From positions 1-49,933 of IMG/VR virus record IMGVR_UViG_3300037483_000858: a stretch of DNA of 49,933 nucleotides. One strand, given 5' to 3'. Positions within the stretch are counted from its first letter, which is position 1. Every line of letters begins with the position of its first letter. Positions 17,112 to 25,777 of this stretch are shown here, piece by piece. The notes beneath the pieces are model-generated. The model had not been told where the DNA came from, did no database searches, and saw only the letters and a program-made list of their open reading frames with translations. A program made the translations under genes and the position numbers. The DNA comes from a virus. Taxonomy: Duplodnaviria > Caudoviricetes.

Positions 17112-18562
17112 ACTGGTACAACGAAATAGACGCCTACGCCGCCGAGTGGCTCGAGAACCTGATGCTCGACGGGCTGATACCGGCGGGCGTCGTGGACCGG
17201 CGGCCGATCGAGGATGTGTCGCCCGATGACCTCATTGGATTCGACCAGTGCCACTTCTTCGCCGGCATCGGCGGATGGCCGCTCGCGCTCAATCTTGCAG
17301 GATGGGGCGAATCTGAGTGTTGGACCGGATCGTGCCCGTGCCAGCCGTTCAGCGCCGCCGGTAAGCGCAAAGGGGTTGACGATGCCCGCCACCTCTGGCC
17401 CGAATTCCGGCGTCTCATCGCTGCCCACAGACCCTCTGTCATCTTCGGGGAACAAGTCGCCAGTTCAGACGGGCGAGCGTGGTTCGGTGGCCAGCCGGGT
17501 TTGCAGCGGGTGCAAGATCGAGAAGCCATTATCGGAGTATTACAAGGGCGAGACCTCCCTGGGCGGCTACCGGACACGCTGCAAGCAATGTTGTTGTGCG
17601 GAAGAGGCGGCGCGCAAATCTCGCATACCGAAGGCGAAGAGGAGCGCCGACTTCAAGAAGTGGCGGCGGCAGAGCCGCGGGGCTGCTCTGGTTCGGCTGG
17701 CGCATCATCGTGCGAAGGCGAAGGGGTTGCCCTGCACGCTGGACCCGAAGGCGGTTCAGGCGGTGATCGATTCCGGGGAGTGCCAGATGACGGGGGTACC
17801 GTTCAACCTGGACGGGGGCCGAACGTGGGACAGCCCTTCTCTGGACAGAATCGACAACTCGAAGGGCTATGTCCCGGGGAATGTTCGCGTGGTGCTTTAT
17901 TGCATCAACGTGATGGCGAACACATGGGGCGAGAACAAGATCGTGGAGATCGCGGAAGCGATCATGGCGCGGCGGCGGAATGCGTCAGCGTCTTTGCAGG
18001 CGAGGCTGGAATCCGCGTTGAAGCGACGGCTGAGTTCCGAGAACTCGCCGGAGTACGCGCTGACCTGGAAGCATTGGGATATGCCTGCGGGGGTGCCGAT
18101 CTGTGCGCTGCGGGCGTCGGGGCGCCGCACATCAGGCAACGGCTTTGGTGGGTGGCCGACTCCGGTGGGTTCTGTATCGGAACCGGCCGCTTGGAAACCG
18201 GGCGTGCCGTGGTGGAAACAGAGCCGGGCAGCGAGGGGTCTGTCGGCGGTGGCGGGGTGGGCGACGCCGACCAGTCGGGACTATCGCAGCGAGAGCGCGA
18301 CGGACGAGTTCAACGCGAAACGGTGGGGTCACAGCCGGGGCAAGCCGCTGTCGGCGGAAGCAACCCTGGCTTCTGGTCCGGTTTCGACCTCATCCCCTGC
18401 GCAGACGGAAAAGCGCGGCGCGTTGAACCCGGAACATTCCCGCTGGCTCATGGGGTTTCCGCCCGAGTGGGCAAGCTGCGCGCCTACGGCAATGCCATCG
18501 TCCCGCCGCTCGCGGCAGAGTTCATACGCGCGTGCATTGAAGGCGATGTTCGACTGACCTGA
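17108..18562 (+). CDS. C5 cytosine DNA methyltransferase, alpha (catalytic) polypeptide with a 187-codon insertion
   Basis: Motif I FFAGIGG, IV GSCPCQPFS, VI GEQV, VIII GAPHIRQRLW, X LRAYGNAIV. Motif IX is absent from this frame. Confidence 0.88.
   Translation: MNWYNEIDAYAAEWLENLMLDGLIPAGVVDRRPIEDVSPDDLIGFDQCHFFAGIGGWPLALNLAGWGESECWTGSCPCQPFSAAGKRKGVDDARHLWPEFRRLIAAHRPSVIFGEQVASSDGRAWFGGQPGLQRVQDREAIIGVLQGRDLPGRLPDTLQAMLLCGRGGAQISHTEGEEERRLQEVAAAEPRGCSGSAGASSCEGEGVALHAGPEGGSGGDRFRGVPDDGGTVQPGRGPNVGQPFSGQNRQLEGLCPGECSRGALLHQRDGEHMGREQDRGDRGSDHGAAAECVSVFAGEAGIRVEATAEFRELAGVRADLEALGYACGGADLCAAGVGAPHIRQRLWWVADSGGFCIGTGRLETGRAVVETEPGSEGSVGGGGVGDADQSGLSQRERDGRVQRETVGSQPGQAAVGGSNPGFWSGFDLIPCADGKARRVEPGTFPLAHGVSARVGKLRAYGNAIVPPLAAEFIRACIEGDVRLT
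17487..18557 (+). CDS. Overlapping-frame beta polypeptide of the MTase: Zn-ribbon + HNH-like nuclease fused to WPTP-type TRD and motif IX
   Basis: CSGC..KPLSEY..CKQC; SLDRIDNSKGYVPGNVRVV..CIN; YALTWK, GWPTP, WATPTSRD, LNPEHSRWLMGFPPEW. The frame is open from 17214; the true start (GTG 17487 or earlier) is uncertain. Confidence 0.75.
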   Translation: MASRVCSGCKIEKPLSEYYKGETSLGGYRTRCKQCCCAEEAARKSRIPKAKRSADFKKWRRQSRGAALVRLAHHRAKAKGLPCTLDPKAVQAVIDSGECQMTGVPFNLDGGRTWDSPSLDRIDNSKGYVPGNVRVVLYCINVMANTWGENKIVEIAEAIMARRRNASASLQARLESALKRRLSSENSPEYALTWKHWDMPAGVPICALRASGRRTSGNGFGGWPTPVGSVSEPAAWKPGVPWWKQSRAARGLSAVAGWATPTSRDYRSESATDEFNAKRWGHSRGKPLSAEATLASGPVSTSSPAQTEKRGALNPEHSRWLMGFPPEWASCAPTAMPSSRRSRQSSYARALKAMFD

Positions 18563-18606
18563 GTGCATGATTTAACGCCCAACCTGACCGACAAAAGGAG
18601 ATACCG

Positions 18607-19266
18607 ATGATCACTTTCACGATCGAGGCCGACACGCCCGAGGACTTCGTTCGCCAGGCGAGCGTGCTGTTCCCCCTGGCGCGGATCGCCATGCAGCCGC
18701 AGCAGGGCCCGAGCACGGAGCGGCCCGCGGTCGATCCGACGGCAACGGCCACCGAGGTTGCGGAGCCTGCCGAGCTGGCAACCGAAGAGGCCGACACGAC
18801 TGGAAAGCCGAAGCGCAAGCGGCGCACCAAGGCAGAGATCGCAGCGGCCGAAGCTGCCGCGCAGCCGGATGTCGAAACGCTGCCAGTCTCGATCGACGAC
18901 ATCCGCGCCGTTGCCAACGCCATCCAGGCGAAGCTCGGTGCGGACGCGCTCGATCGTGTCGGCCCGATCTACCAGTCGGTCGGCGCCACCAAGACCAGCG
19001 AGGTGCCCGCCGACAAGTACGAGGAGGTCCACGCCAAGCTGGTAGCACTTCTGGCCGAGATCGAGGCGGCAGCGCCAGCTGGCGAAGTGACGGTGCAGGA
19101 GGTGCGCGCCGCCGGCATGGCTGTGCTGGCCAAGCACGGCAGCGACGACGGGCACGCCAAGTGCATCGCCGTGGCCAAGAAGCTCGGTCACGACAAGCTC
19201 ACCCAACTCGAGCCATCGCAATACGCCGAGGCGGTCGCGCTGCTCAAGGCCGAAGTGGAGGACTGA
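18607..19266 (+). CDS. Ala/Glu-rich hypothetical protein typical of the region upstream of DUF2800
   Basis: RBS AAGGAG; KRKRRTKAEI motif and two related C-terminal helical repeats. Confidence 0.75.
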   Translation: MITFTIEADTPEDFVRQASVLFPLARIAMQPQQGPSTERPAVDPTATATEVAEPAELATEEADTTGKPKRKRRTKAEIAAAEAAAQPDVETLPVSIDDIRAVANAIQAKLGADALDRVGPIYQSVGATKTSEVPADKYEEVHAKLVALLAEIEAAAPAGEVTVQEVRAAGMAVLAKHGSDDGHAKCIAVAKKLGHDKLTQLEPSQYAEAVALLKAEVED

Positions 19267-19269
19267 CCA

Positions 19270-19515
19270 ATGGCTGCAGAAAAGAAACACAGGCAGCAGC
19301 CGGTTCTGGAGCGGAGCGGCATTCAAGGTGCCCTGCGCGCGGGTGTATCCGGCAGGGCGTATTGCCCCATCACGATCGCCGATTGGCCGACAGAAATTCG
19401 CATCACGACCGGGTCGGCCGAGTACTGGGCGGCGCTCAACGCACAGGAGGCCCGCGCCCTCGGCTACATGCTGATCGACGCCAGTGATCGGCTCAACGTG
19501 CGTATGGAGGGCTGA
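19270..19515 (+). CDS. Hypothetical protein
   Basis: RBS GGAGG; operon packing. Confidence 0.55.
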   Translation: MAAEKKHRQQPVLERSGIQGALRAGVSGRAYCPITIADWPTEIRITTGSAEYWAALNAQEARALGYMLIDASDRLNVRMEG

Positions 19516-19518
19516 CCG

Positions 19519-19719
19519 ATGGCCAACACCGGCATTCTGGACGTCGCCTCGGCGCTCGAGGCCGCGATGCTCCGGCACAGCGACGCGCAGGCCAACGTCA
19601 AGCTCGCCGGCGACGCGGCGGTGCGCGCGGCGGACGATCTGCGCATGGCGCAGGAGAACTTCGACGAGTACATCCGCGGCTCGGTCGAGCGGGCCCGCGC
19701 ACGGCAGAGGGAGAAGTGA
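19519..19719 (+). CDS. Hypothetical coiled-coil protein
   Basis: RBS GGAGG. Confidence 0.6.
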   Translation: MANTGILDVASALEAAMLRHSDAQANVKLAGDAAVRAADDLRMAQENFDEYIRGSVERARARQREK

Positions 19720-19720
19720 A

Positions 19721-20050
19721 ATGACCGAACGCATCACCTTCTCGATCACGCTCTTGCGTGACGACGCGCTCCACCTTCAGGAAGCGGCCAACGAGGGCGG
19801 TCTGCTGCTCTCCGAGTATGCGGCGCGGTGCCTGGCGGCGATCGCCGAGGACGACCGGCGGGCGCACGATCCGAATGCGGCTTTGGTGGAGCTTATGGGG
19901 CGCCGCTCGCCGTGGGATCCGGGCGACACCGGCATCCCGGGCCACCCGCCGCTGCGACTGGTCAACGACGAGTGCCCGTGCGGGCTTTGCCACGAGGACC
20001 GCGAGAGATCGGCAGCGTTTCGGCGGATGATGAACCGCGAGGGCACCTGA
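19721..20050 (+). CDS. Hypothetical protein (possible ribbon-helix-helix N-terminus, CxCxxC C-terminus)
   Basis: RITFSITL...LSEYAARCL; CPCGLC. Confidence 0.5.
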   Translation: MTERITFSITLLRDDALHLQEAANEGGLLLSEYAARCLAAIAEDDRRAHDPNAALVELMGRRSPWDPGDTGIPGHPPLRLVNDECPCGLCHEDRERSAAFRRMMNREGT

Positions 20051-20051
20051 C

Positions 20052-21302
20052 ATGACCGAAGCCCACTCCCAGCGCGCCCACGCCAAACTCGCTCCCAGCG
20101 CAAGCGAGCGTTGGATCAACTGTCCTGGTTCGATCCGCCTCTCCGAAGGCATCGAGAGCGTGTCGTCGAGCTTCGCCAACGAAGGCACGGCGGCGCACGA
20201 GCTCGCCTCGCACTGCCTGCAGACCGGCTTCGACGCCAGCCGCTTCGCCGGCATGACGATCGATATCCGCGGCAAGGAGTGGCACGAGAAGTTCCTGAAC
20301 AAGGGAGCGCCGACCGACGGCATGCACCGCTTCGAGATCGACGACGAGATGGTCGAGGGGGTGCAGCTCTATCTCGACCACATCGACGAGTTGCGCGCCA
20401 AGCTCGACGACATGGAGATCGAGATCGACGTCGAGCACCGCTTCGACTTGACGCACGTTCACCCGGAGATGTTCGGCACCGGCGACTGCGTCATCTATTC
20501 GCCGAAGCACCGCGCTCTCTACGTCATCGACCTGAAGTACGGCCGCGGCGTGATCGTCGACCCGGAGGAGAACGCGCAGTTGCTGACCTACGGCGTCGGC
20601 GCGGTCAAGCGGCATCACAACCGGCCGATGATCGCTGTGCATCTGACGATCGTGCAGCCGCGCGGCGCCGGCGAGCCGGTGCGCACGTGGTCGACCGACA
20701 TACTCGAGGTGATGGAGTTCGCCGACACGTTGCGTGAGGCGGCACAGCGCACCGAACAGCCCGACGCACCGCTGCACGTGGGCGACTGGTGCAAGTTCTG
20801 CCCTGCCGCCGCCCTGTGCCCGGAGAACCGACGCGCCGCCTTGGCCGTCGCGCGTGCCGAATTCAGTAGCGAAGGAGCGATCGACGTGACGGATCCTGAG
20901 AAGATGGACATGGCCGCGATTGCCGAGTCGCTCAAGCATGCCGACGTGCTCGAGAACTGGCTGAAGCGGCTGCGCGAGTACGCGCATGCGCAGGCGACCG
21001 CCGGCACCATGCCTCCGGGGTTCAAGCTGGTGGCGAAACGCGCCATCCGGCGGTGGAAGGACGAAGGCACGGTCATCTCGGCGCTGCGTGGCGTGTTCGG
21101 ATTGGACGATGCCGACATCTACGCCGAGCCCAAGCTGCGCTCGCCCGCTCAGGTCGAGAAGGTGATGGGCAAGAAGGAAGCAGCCGAGCTTGGCCAGTTC
21201 ATCGTCAAGCAGTCGTCAGGCACCGTGCTCGCGGTCGAGAGTGACAAGCGGCCGGCGGTGCAGCCTGATGCGTCCGGCGATTTTGTGGAGGTGGAGGCAT
21301 GA
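20052..21302 (+). CDS. DUF2800 family Cas4-like PD-(D/E)xK exonuclease
   Basis: HAKLAPSASERWINCPGS, EGTAAH, FGTGD, IDLKYGRG, NAQL..Y, WCKFCPA...CP. Confidence 0.9.
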   Translation: MTEAHSQRAHAKLAPSASERWINCPGSIRLSEGIESVSSSFANEGTAAHELASHCLQTGFDASRFAGMTIDIRGKEWHEKFLNKGAPTDGMHRFEIDDEMVEGVQLYLDHIDELRAKLDDMEIEIDVEHRFDLTHVHPEMFGTGDCVIYSPKHRALYVIDLKYGRGVIVDPEENAQLLTYGVGAVKRHHNRPMIAVHLTIVQPRGAGEPVRTWSTDILEVMEFADTLREAAQRTEQPDAPLHVGDWCKFCPAAALCPENRRAALAVARAEFSSEGAIDVTDPEKMDMAAIAESLKHADVLENWLKRLREYAHAQATAGTMPPGFKLVAKRAIRRWKDEGTVISALRGVFGLDDADIYAEPKLRSPAQVEKVMGKKEAAELGQFIVKQSSGTVLAVESDKRPAVQPDASGDFVEVEA

Positions 21303-21478
21303 AGACGTTCCGTTTTCGGGTTGAGGTCGATGTGGACGATGCGGTGAGCGAGGCCGAGCTTCGCGAATACATTCAGGTTGCGGTGGCGGCATGGGGTGGT
21401 CAGTTCCACCCCAGCGAGCCATTGTTTCATCTTGAGGAGGAGGACGTGCGCGTCGTGCGCCACGTTAAGCGGAAGTAG
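21299..21478 (+). CDS. Hypothetical protein (59 aa, MKTFRFRVEVDVDD...)
   Basis: ATGA overlap, RBS GGAGG; translated by hand. Confidence 0.55.
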   Translation: MKTFRFRVEVDVDDAVSEAELREYIQVAVAAWGGQFHPSEPLFHLEEEDVRVVRHVKRK

Positions 21479-21549
21479 AAATCGGCACCCGCGACACGCC
21501 GAGCCACGTCTGAAGTGTCGCTTTTATGGACTGAATGAGAGATACGAAA

Positions 21550-22146
21550 ATGGACTTGAATGCATGCGTTAAGACCTCGGCGGGCAACATCCGCACGCCG
21601 AAGTCGAAGCTGGCCTACGTCTACCTGAACGAGCCGACCCTGCCCAAGGGCGAGACCGACAAGGACAAGGCCAAGTACCAGGTGTCGGTGCTGTTTCCCA
21701 AGGACGCCAATCTCGACCTGATGGTCGCGGCGGTGGCCGAGTGCATCTCGGAGAACCTGACCGAGGCGCAGGTCAAGGCGACCAAGGTCAAGAAGCCGTT
21801 CCTGAAGACCGAGGAGCAGCCGTCGCTCAAGGAGTACGCAGAGGATTTCCCGATCATGATTCGGGCGTCGGCCAAGTTCAAGCCGCAGATCGTGGCGGCC
21901 GACCTCTCCGAGATCAGCGACCCGGCGCAAATCTACTCCGGCCGGTGGGGCATGGTGTCCCTGCGCCCATACTTCTGGGAGCACCCGACCGGCGGCAAGG
22001 GCGTGAGCCTGGGGCTGACCAACGTGCAGCTTCTCGATCACGACACGCCGATGGCCGGCGGCCGTGTCGACGCGGCGGACGACTTCACGCCGATCGCCGG
22101 CGTTGCGTCCTCGACGCCGACCAGCACAGAGGGACTGTTCGATTAG
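21550..22146 (+). CDS. DUF2815 family ssDNA-binding protein (T7 gp2.5-like)
   Basis: KYQVSVLFPK, IYSGRW, GKGVSLGLTNVQLL, acidic/aromatic tail. Confidence 0.88.
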   Translation: MDLNACVKTSAGNIRTPKSKLAYVYLNEPTLPKGETDKDKAKYQVSVLFPKDANLDLMVAAVAECISENLTEAQVKATKVKKPFLKTEEQPSLKEYAEDFPIMIRASAKFKPQIVAADLSEISDPAQIYSGRWGMVSLRPYFWEHPTGGKGVSLGLTNVQLLDHDTPMAGGRVDAADDFTPIAGVASSTPTSTEGLFD

Positions 22147-22247
22147 CACTTAGCGCTGCCGGGTGTGGGCCTAGAGGTGCCCGGCACATCAGCACGTCGG
22201 GGGTGCGTGCGCGCGAACACCCCCAACTCATTTAACAGGAGGTCACC

Positions 22248-22955
22248 ATGACCAGTCTGACCAAGAACGACCTGCGTTTCGTCGTGCAGCGATTGCCGCG
22301 CGACATCCGCGATCTGCTCACCCAGCACCACGGCAATCTGTTCGTCGGCGGCGGCGTCATTCGCGCCATCGTCGCGGGCGAGGAGCCAAAGGACATCGAT
22401 CTGTTCGGCGCGGATGCCGGCAAGCTGCACTTGATTGCGGAACTCTTCGCCAAGGACCGGCCGGGTGCCCGGGTCCACACGTCGAAGAACGCAATCACGG
22501 TCATCACGCCGAACAGGTTGCCGGTCCAGTTCATCACTCGGTGGACGTTCTCGAAAGGCTACGAACTGCTGCGGTCGTTCGACTTCACCGTGTGCCAGGC
22601 CGTGGTCTGGCGAAGCGGGAACCAGTCGAATTCCCGGTGGGAGTCCGCTCGCGGCGACAGCTTCTATGTCGACTTGGCCGGGCGCCGCCTCGTCTACACC
22701 AACCCCGTCCGTGAGGAAGAGGCCGGCGGCTCGCTTCTGCGCGTCCTCAAATACGTCAAGCGCGGCTACTCGATCCAGGTCAGCAGCATGGTCGACGTGA
22801 TCGGCCGGCTGACAACGGCGATGGAAACAGAACCGCGCCTGAAGGGCCTACCGAGAGCGGCGGCGCTCGACATCCTGCTGCGCGAAGTCGACCCGATGCT
22901 TGTCGTGGACGGTTTCGATGTTGTCGACGATCACGAGCCTATCGAGGGCGAGTGA
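22248..22955 (+). CDS. Pol-beta-superfamily nucleotidyltransferase (CCA/poly(A) polymerase head-like)
   Basis: VGGGVIR...KDIDLF (GG + DxD), FDFTVCQ, LRVLKYVKRGY. Confidence 0.75.
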   Translation: MTSLTKNDLRFVVQRLPRDIRDLLTQHHGNLFVGGGVIRAIVAGEEPKDIDLFGADAGKLHLIAELFAKDRPGARVHTSKNAITVITPNRLPVQFITRWTFSKGYELLRSFDFTVCQAVVWRSGNQSNSRWESARGDSFYVDLAGRRLVYTNPVREEEAGGSLLRVLKYVKRGYSIQVSSMVDVIGRLTTAMETEPRLKGLPRAAALDILLREVDPMLVVDGFDVVDDHEPIEGE

Positions 22956-22956
22956 G

Positions 22957-23136
22957 GTGGACGACTTCAACGAGATGGAACGCACCTTGTCGCAGCTCGA
23001 CGACTGCGACTTGCGTGAGTGGGACCGAGACTTCGTCGACGACATGCTGCGGCGCTGTTTCAAGCACCGCGAGCAGATGCACGTAACCCCACGCCAGTGG
23101 GAGCAGATCAACCGAATGGAGGACCAATACCTATGA
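22957..23136 (+). CDS. Hypothetical protein (59 aa)
   Basis: [12 protein letters not shown]...TPRQWEQI motif; operon packing. Confidence 0.55.
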   Translation: MDDFNEMERTLSQLDDCDLREWDRDFVDDMLRRCFKHREQMHVTPRQWEQINRMEDQYL

Positions 23137-23414
23137 CCGAACTGCCTATCGCCGCTATGGGCCACAACAGCGCCACCGGCGTTGCCCGCGACCAGCTCCG
23201 CTCCATCGTGGAGCGGATCGAGAGAATGGAGGAGGAGAAGGCCGAAGCGGTCGCCGACATCAAGGAAATCTACAAGGAGGCCAAGGGCAACGGCTTCGAC
23301 ACCAAGACCATCCGCAAGGTCGTCGCGATGCGCAAGCGGGATAAGGCCGAGCGCGAGGCGGAAGAGGCGCTGCTGGACCTCTACATGTCCGCGCTCGGCA
23401 TGATCAACGGGTGA
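23133..23414 (+). CDS. gapR: GapR/DUF2312 (UPF0335) family nucleoid-associated protein
   Basis: [16 protein letters not shown]...[27 protein letters not shown]...LYMSALGM. Confidence 0.92.
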   Translation: MTELPIAAMGHNSATGVARDQLRSIVERIERMEEEKAEAVADIKEIYKEAKGNGFDTKTIRKVVAMRKRDKAEREAEEALLDLYMSALGMING

Positions 23415-23719
23415 TCGACATGTGGCCGTTCACCCGCAAGAAGAAGAAGAAGAAGGCCGAGCCGCCGAAGATGTGGGCACTCTCGCGTCAAGAAGCGGAG
23501 AACATCATCGGCACGAGCGTGGACTTCTACAACTACAAGCGATCTCCGGACGCCGCCCCGTTGGTGCTCTCCGCGGAGCAGCGGAGGAAGCTTATGGAAA
23601 GGTTGCTCGCCGCGCGCAGTGTTGACGAAGCCATAAAGCGGATCGACCGCAGCTTGAACGGGCACAAGGCGCACGCGCGCCGCCTCGCCGAGCAGGCTGC
23701 CCAGAAACGGGTGACGTGA
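23411..23719 (+). CDS. Hypothetical basic protein
   Basis: GTGA overlap; [10 protein letters not shown] start. Confidence 0.55.
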   Translation: MIDMWPFTRKKKKKKAEPPKMWALSRQEAENIIGTSVDFYNYKRSPDAAPLVLSAEQRRKLMERLLAARSVDEAIKRIDRSLNGHKAHARRLAEQAAQKRVT

Positions 23720-24045
23720 TGCGCCGCGTCATCCTGGAGTCTCCCTACGCCGGCGACGTCGAGACCAACGTGCGCTACGCCCGTGCCTGCGTGCGGGACT
23801 GCGTGCTGCGCGGCGACAGCCCGATCGCCAGCCACCTGCTGTTCACGCAGCCCGGCGTGCTGGACGACACCATCCCCGAGGAACGCGAGCTTGGCATCGA
23901 AGCCGGGCTCGCGTGGGGCCACGAGGCCGAGGCGACGGTCGTCTACATCGATCTCGGCGTCAGCAAGGGCATGACATTCGGCATCGCCCGGGCGCACCAC
24001 GAGGGCCGCCCGGTCGAGTACCGGCAGCTGGATGGGTGGTCGTGA
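23716..24045 (+). CDS. Nucleoside 2-deoxyribosyltransferase-like (flavodoxin-fold) phage protein
   Basis: VILESPYAGDVE.N..YAR..P.ASHLL..ERE.G...S.GM..GI. Confidence 0.7.
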   Translation: MMRRVILESPYAGDVETNVRYARACVRDCVLRGDSPIASHLLFTQPGVLDDTIPEERELGIEAGLAWGHEAEATVVYIDLGVSKGMTFGIARAHHEGRPVEYRQLDGWS

Positions 24046-24635
24046 TGCACGGCCCCCTGTCCGCCCTGTGGTTCGCCGATATTGAGGCCATGGAAGGCGA
24101 CGCGCTCCTTTCGGCGACACAGGCCGACGTGCTGAGGGTTCTGGCACGTGCGGCGCCCGAGCGTCTCAGCGCGCGGGTGATCGGTTCCGTGGCGGTTCCT
24201 CACCTGCCCGTCGGCACTGTTGAGTCCAGCGTTGGCGTCCACATATTCCGTGTTCGTCAGGCCATGCGCGACGTGCGGGCCAGTTTCGTCGTGGACGGCA
24301 GGAGAGGCCAAGGGAACGGCTACTGGATGTCGCCGGCTGCAGGGACGTACACGCCGCGGCCCCCGGTTTCCGAAGCGCAAATAGCCGCTGCGCTCGACGT
24401 CAAGTGGTCGCCGATGGAGCGGCGCATCATGGAGACCCTCATCGCTGCCGGCCGCAGTCGCCGGACAGGCTTTCAGATCGCGGACAGCGTGTATGCGGAC
24501 GACTCGGACGGCGGGCCGCTGACTGCGAAAAATTCCGTCACCGTGACGATCCTCACCATGCGCAAAAAGCTGCCGCCGGGGCTGCGCATCGCCAGCAAGC
24601 CGCACCATGGTTACCGGCTGGAGGTGGCGGGGTGA
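24045..24635 (+). CDS. Tandem winged-helix (OmpR/PhoB effector-like) protein
   Basis: Two wHTH units ending G.GNGYW and HHGYRL; the second contains YADDSDGGP..V.I..MRKKL. Confidence 0.7.
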   Translation: MHGPLSALWFADIEAMEGDALLSATQADVLRVLARAAPERLSARVIGSVAVPHLPVGTVESSVGVHIFRVRQAMRDVRASFVVDGRRGQGNGYWMSPAAGTYTPRPPVSEAQIAAALDVKWSPMERRIMETLIAAGRSRRTGFQIADSVYADDSDGGPLTAKNSVTVTILTMRKKLPPGLRIASKPHHGYRLEVAG

Positions 24636-25777
24636 GCGTCGAGATACTCACAGGCGACGTGCTCGGCGCGCTGGACCTGCTGCCGGACGAAAGCGTGCAT
24701 TGTGTCGTGACCTCGCCGCCCTATTGGGGCCTGCGGGATTACGGCACGGCGCAGTGGGTAGGCGGCGATCCAGCGTGCGATCACCAGCCCACCAACACGA
24801 CCAGAATGCCGTGGGCGAACGCGGTTAAAGGGCCGAATGCTCAGGGGAAGAACGGGGCGACTTACGCAAACATGACCAAGGAGACCGGCGGCGTCTGCGG
24901 CGTCTGCGGCGCGGTGCGCGTGGACCAGCAGATCGGTCTCGAACCGACGCTCGGCGAGCATCTGGAGACGATGGTTCGAGTGTTCCGTGAGGTGCGTCGC
25001 GTGCTGCGCAAGGACGGCACCCTGTGGCTCAACTATGGCGATTGCTACGCCACCTCGCCCAACGGGCGCAAGGCCGCTGACGTCGTCAACGACGATCGCA
25101 CCTTTCGCGACAAGCCGTTCTCGACCATCGGCGGCCACCTCAAGGCCAAGGACCGCGCGCTTCTGCCGGCCAGGGTCGCGATCGCGCTGCAGGAAAGCGG
25201 CTGGTGGGTGCGCGACGAGATCATCTGGCACAAGCCGAACCCGATGCCGATAAGCGTCAAGGACCGCACCACTCCGGCGCACGAGATGCTCTACATGTTC
25301 TCCCGGTCGGCGCGCTACCACTACGATCAGGAGGCGATTAAGGAGTCGGTCGCCGAGTCTAGCAAGGCCCGCCTAGCGCAATCGACTCTGCAGACGCAGA
25401 TGGGCGGGCCGAAGCAGGACGCCTATGAGAGTGGGGGAACTGGTCAGCCGGCTCGGTCACGTCGTCCTGCAGAGATTCTGAAAGACCTCGTCGGCCAAGA
25501 GACCCGTAATCGTCGGTCTGTTTGGTCAGTCAGCACCAAACCATTTGCGCAAGCCCACTTCGCCACATTCCCGCCCGACCTGATCCGGCCGTGCATCCTC
25601 GCCGGCTGTCCCGAAGGCGGCACGGTGCTAGACCCGTTCTTCGGTGCCGGCACGACCGGGCTGGTCGCGCACGAGATCGGTCGCAACTGCATCGGCATCG
25701 AACTCAATCCGGACTACGTGCTGATCGCCGCCGAACGCATCGGCTTGGATGTCTGCGGCATGGGAGTACGAACATGA
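24632..25777 (+). CDS. Beta-class amino-DNA methyltransferase (N4-C/N6-A, SPPY)
   Basis: VTSPPYWGLRDY, IIWHKPNPMP, HFATFP, VLDPFFGAGTT, GIELNP. Confidence 0.92.
   Translation: MSVEILTGDVLGALDLLPDESVHCVVTSPPYWGLRDYGTAQWVGGDPACDHQPTNTTRMPWANAVKGPNAQGKNGATYANMTKETGGVCGVCGAVRVDQQIGLEPTLGEHLETMVRVFREVRRVLRKDGTLWLNYGDCYATSPNGRKAADVVNDDRTFRDKPFSTIGGHLKAKDRALLPARVAIALQESGWWVRDEIIWHKPNPMPISVKDRTTPAHEMLYMFSRSARYHYDQEAIKESVAESSKARLAQSTLQTQMGGPKQDAYESGGTGQPARSRRPAEILKDLVGQETRNRRSVWSVSTKPFAQAHFATFPPDLIRPCILAGCPEGGTVLDPFFGAGTTGLVAHEIGRNCIGIELNPDYVLIAAERIGLDVCGMGVRT

Noticed and set aside
17486-18046. Intein or group I/II intron in the C5 MTase
   Set aside because: No Cys/Ser start or His-Asn end in the MTase frame and no recognisable intron core; the block is almost entirely occupied by the frame-B nuclease domain. 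RT-PCR is still needed to exclude splicing.
20052-21302. CRISPR-Cas locus (Cas4-like gene)
   Set aside because: It is the DUF2800 phage exonuclease; no repeat-spacer array or other cas genes were seen.
23438-23455. (AAG)6 microsatellite as a phase-variation tract
   Set aside because: In-frame triplet encoding poly-Lys; slippage would not shift the frame.
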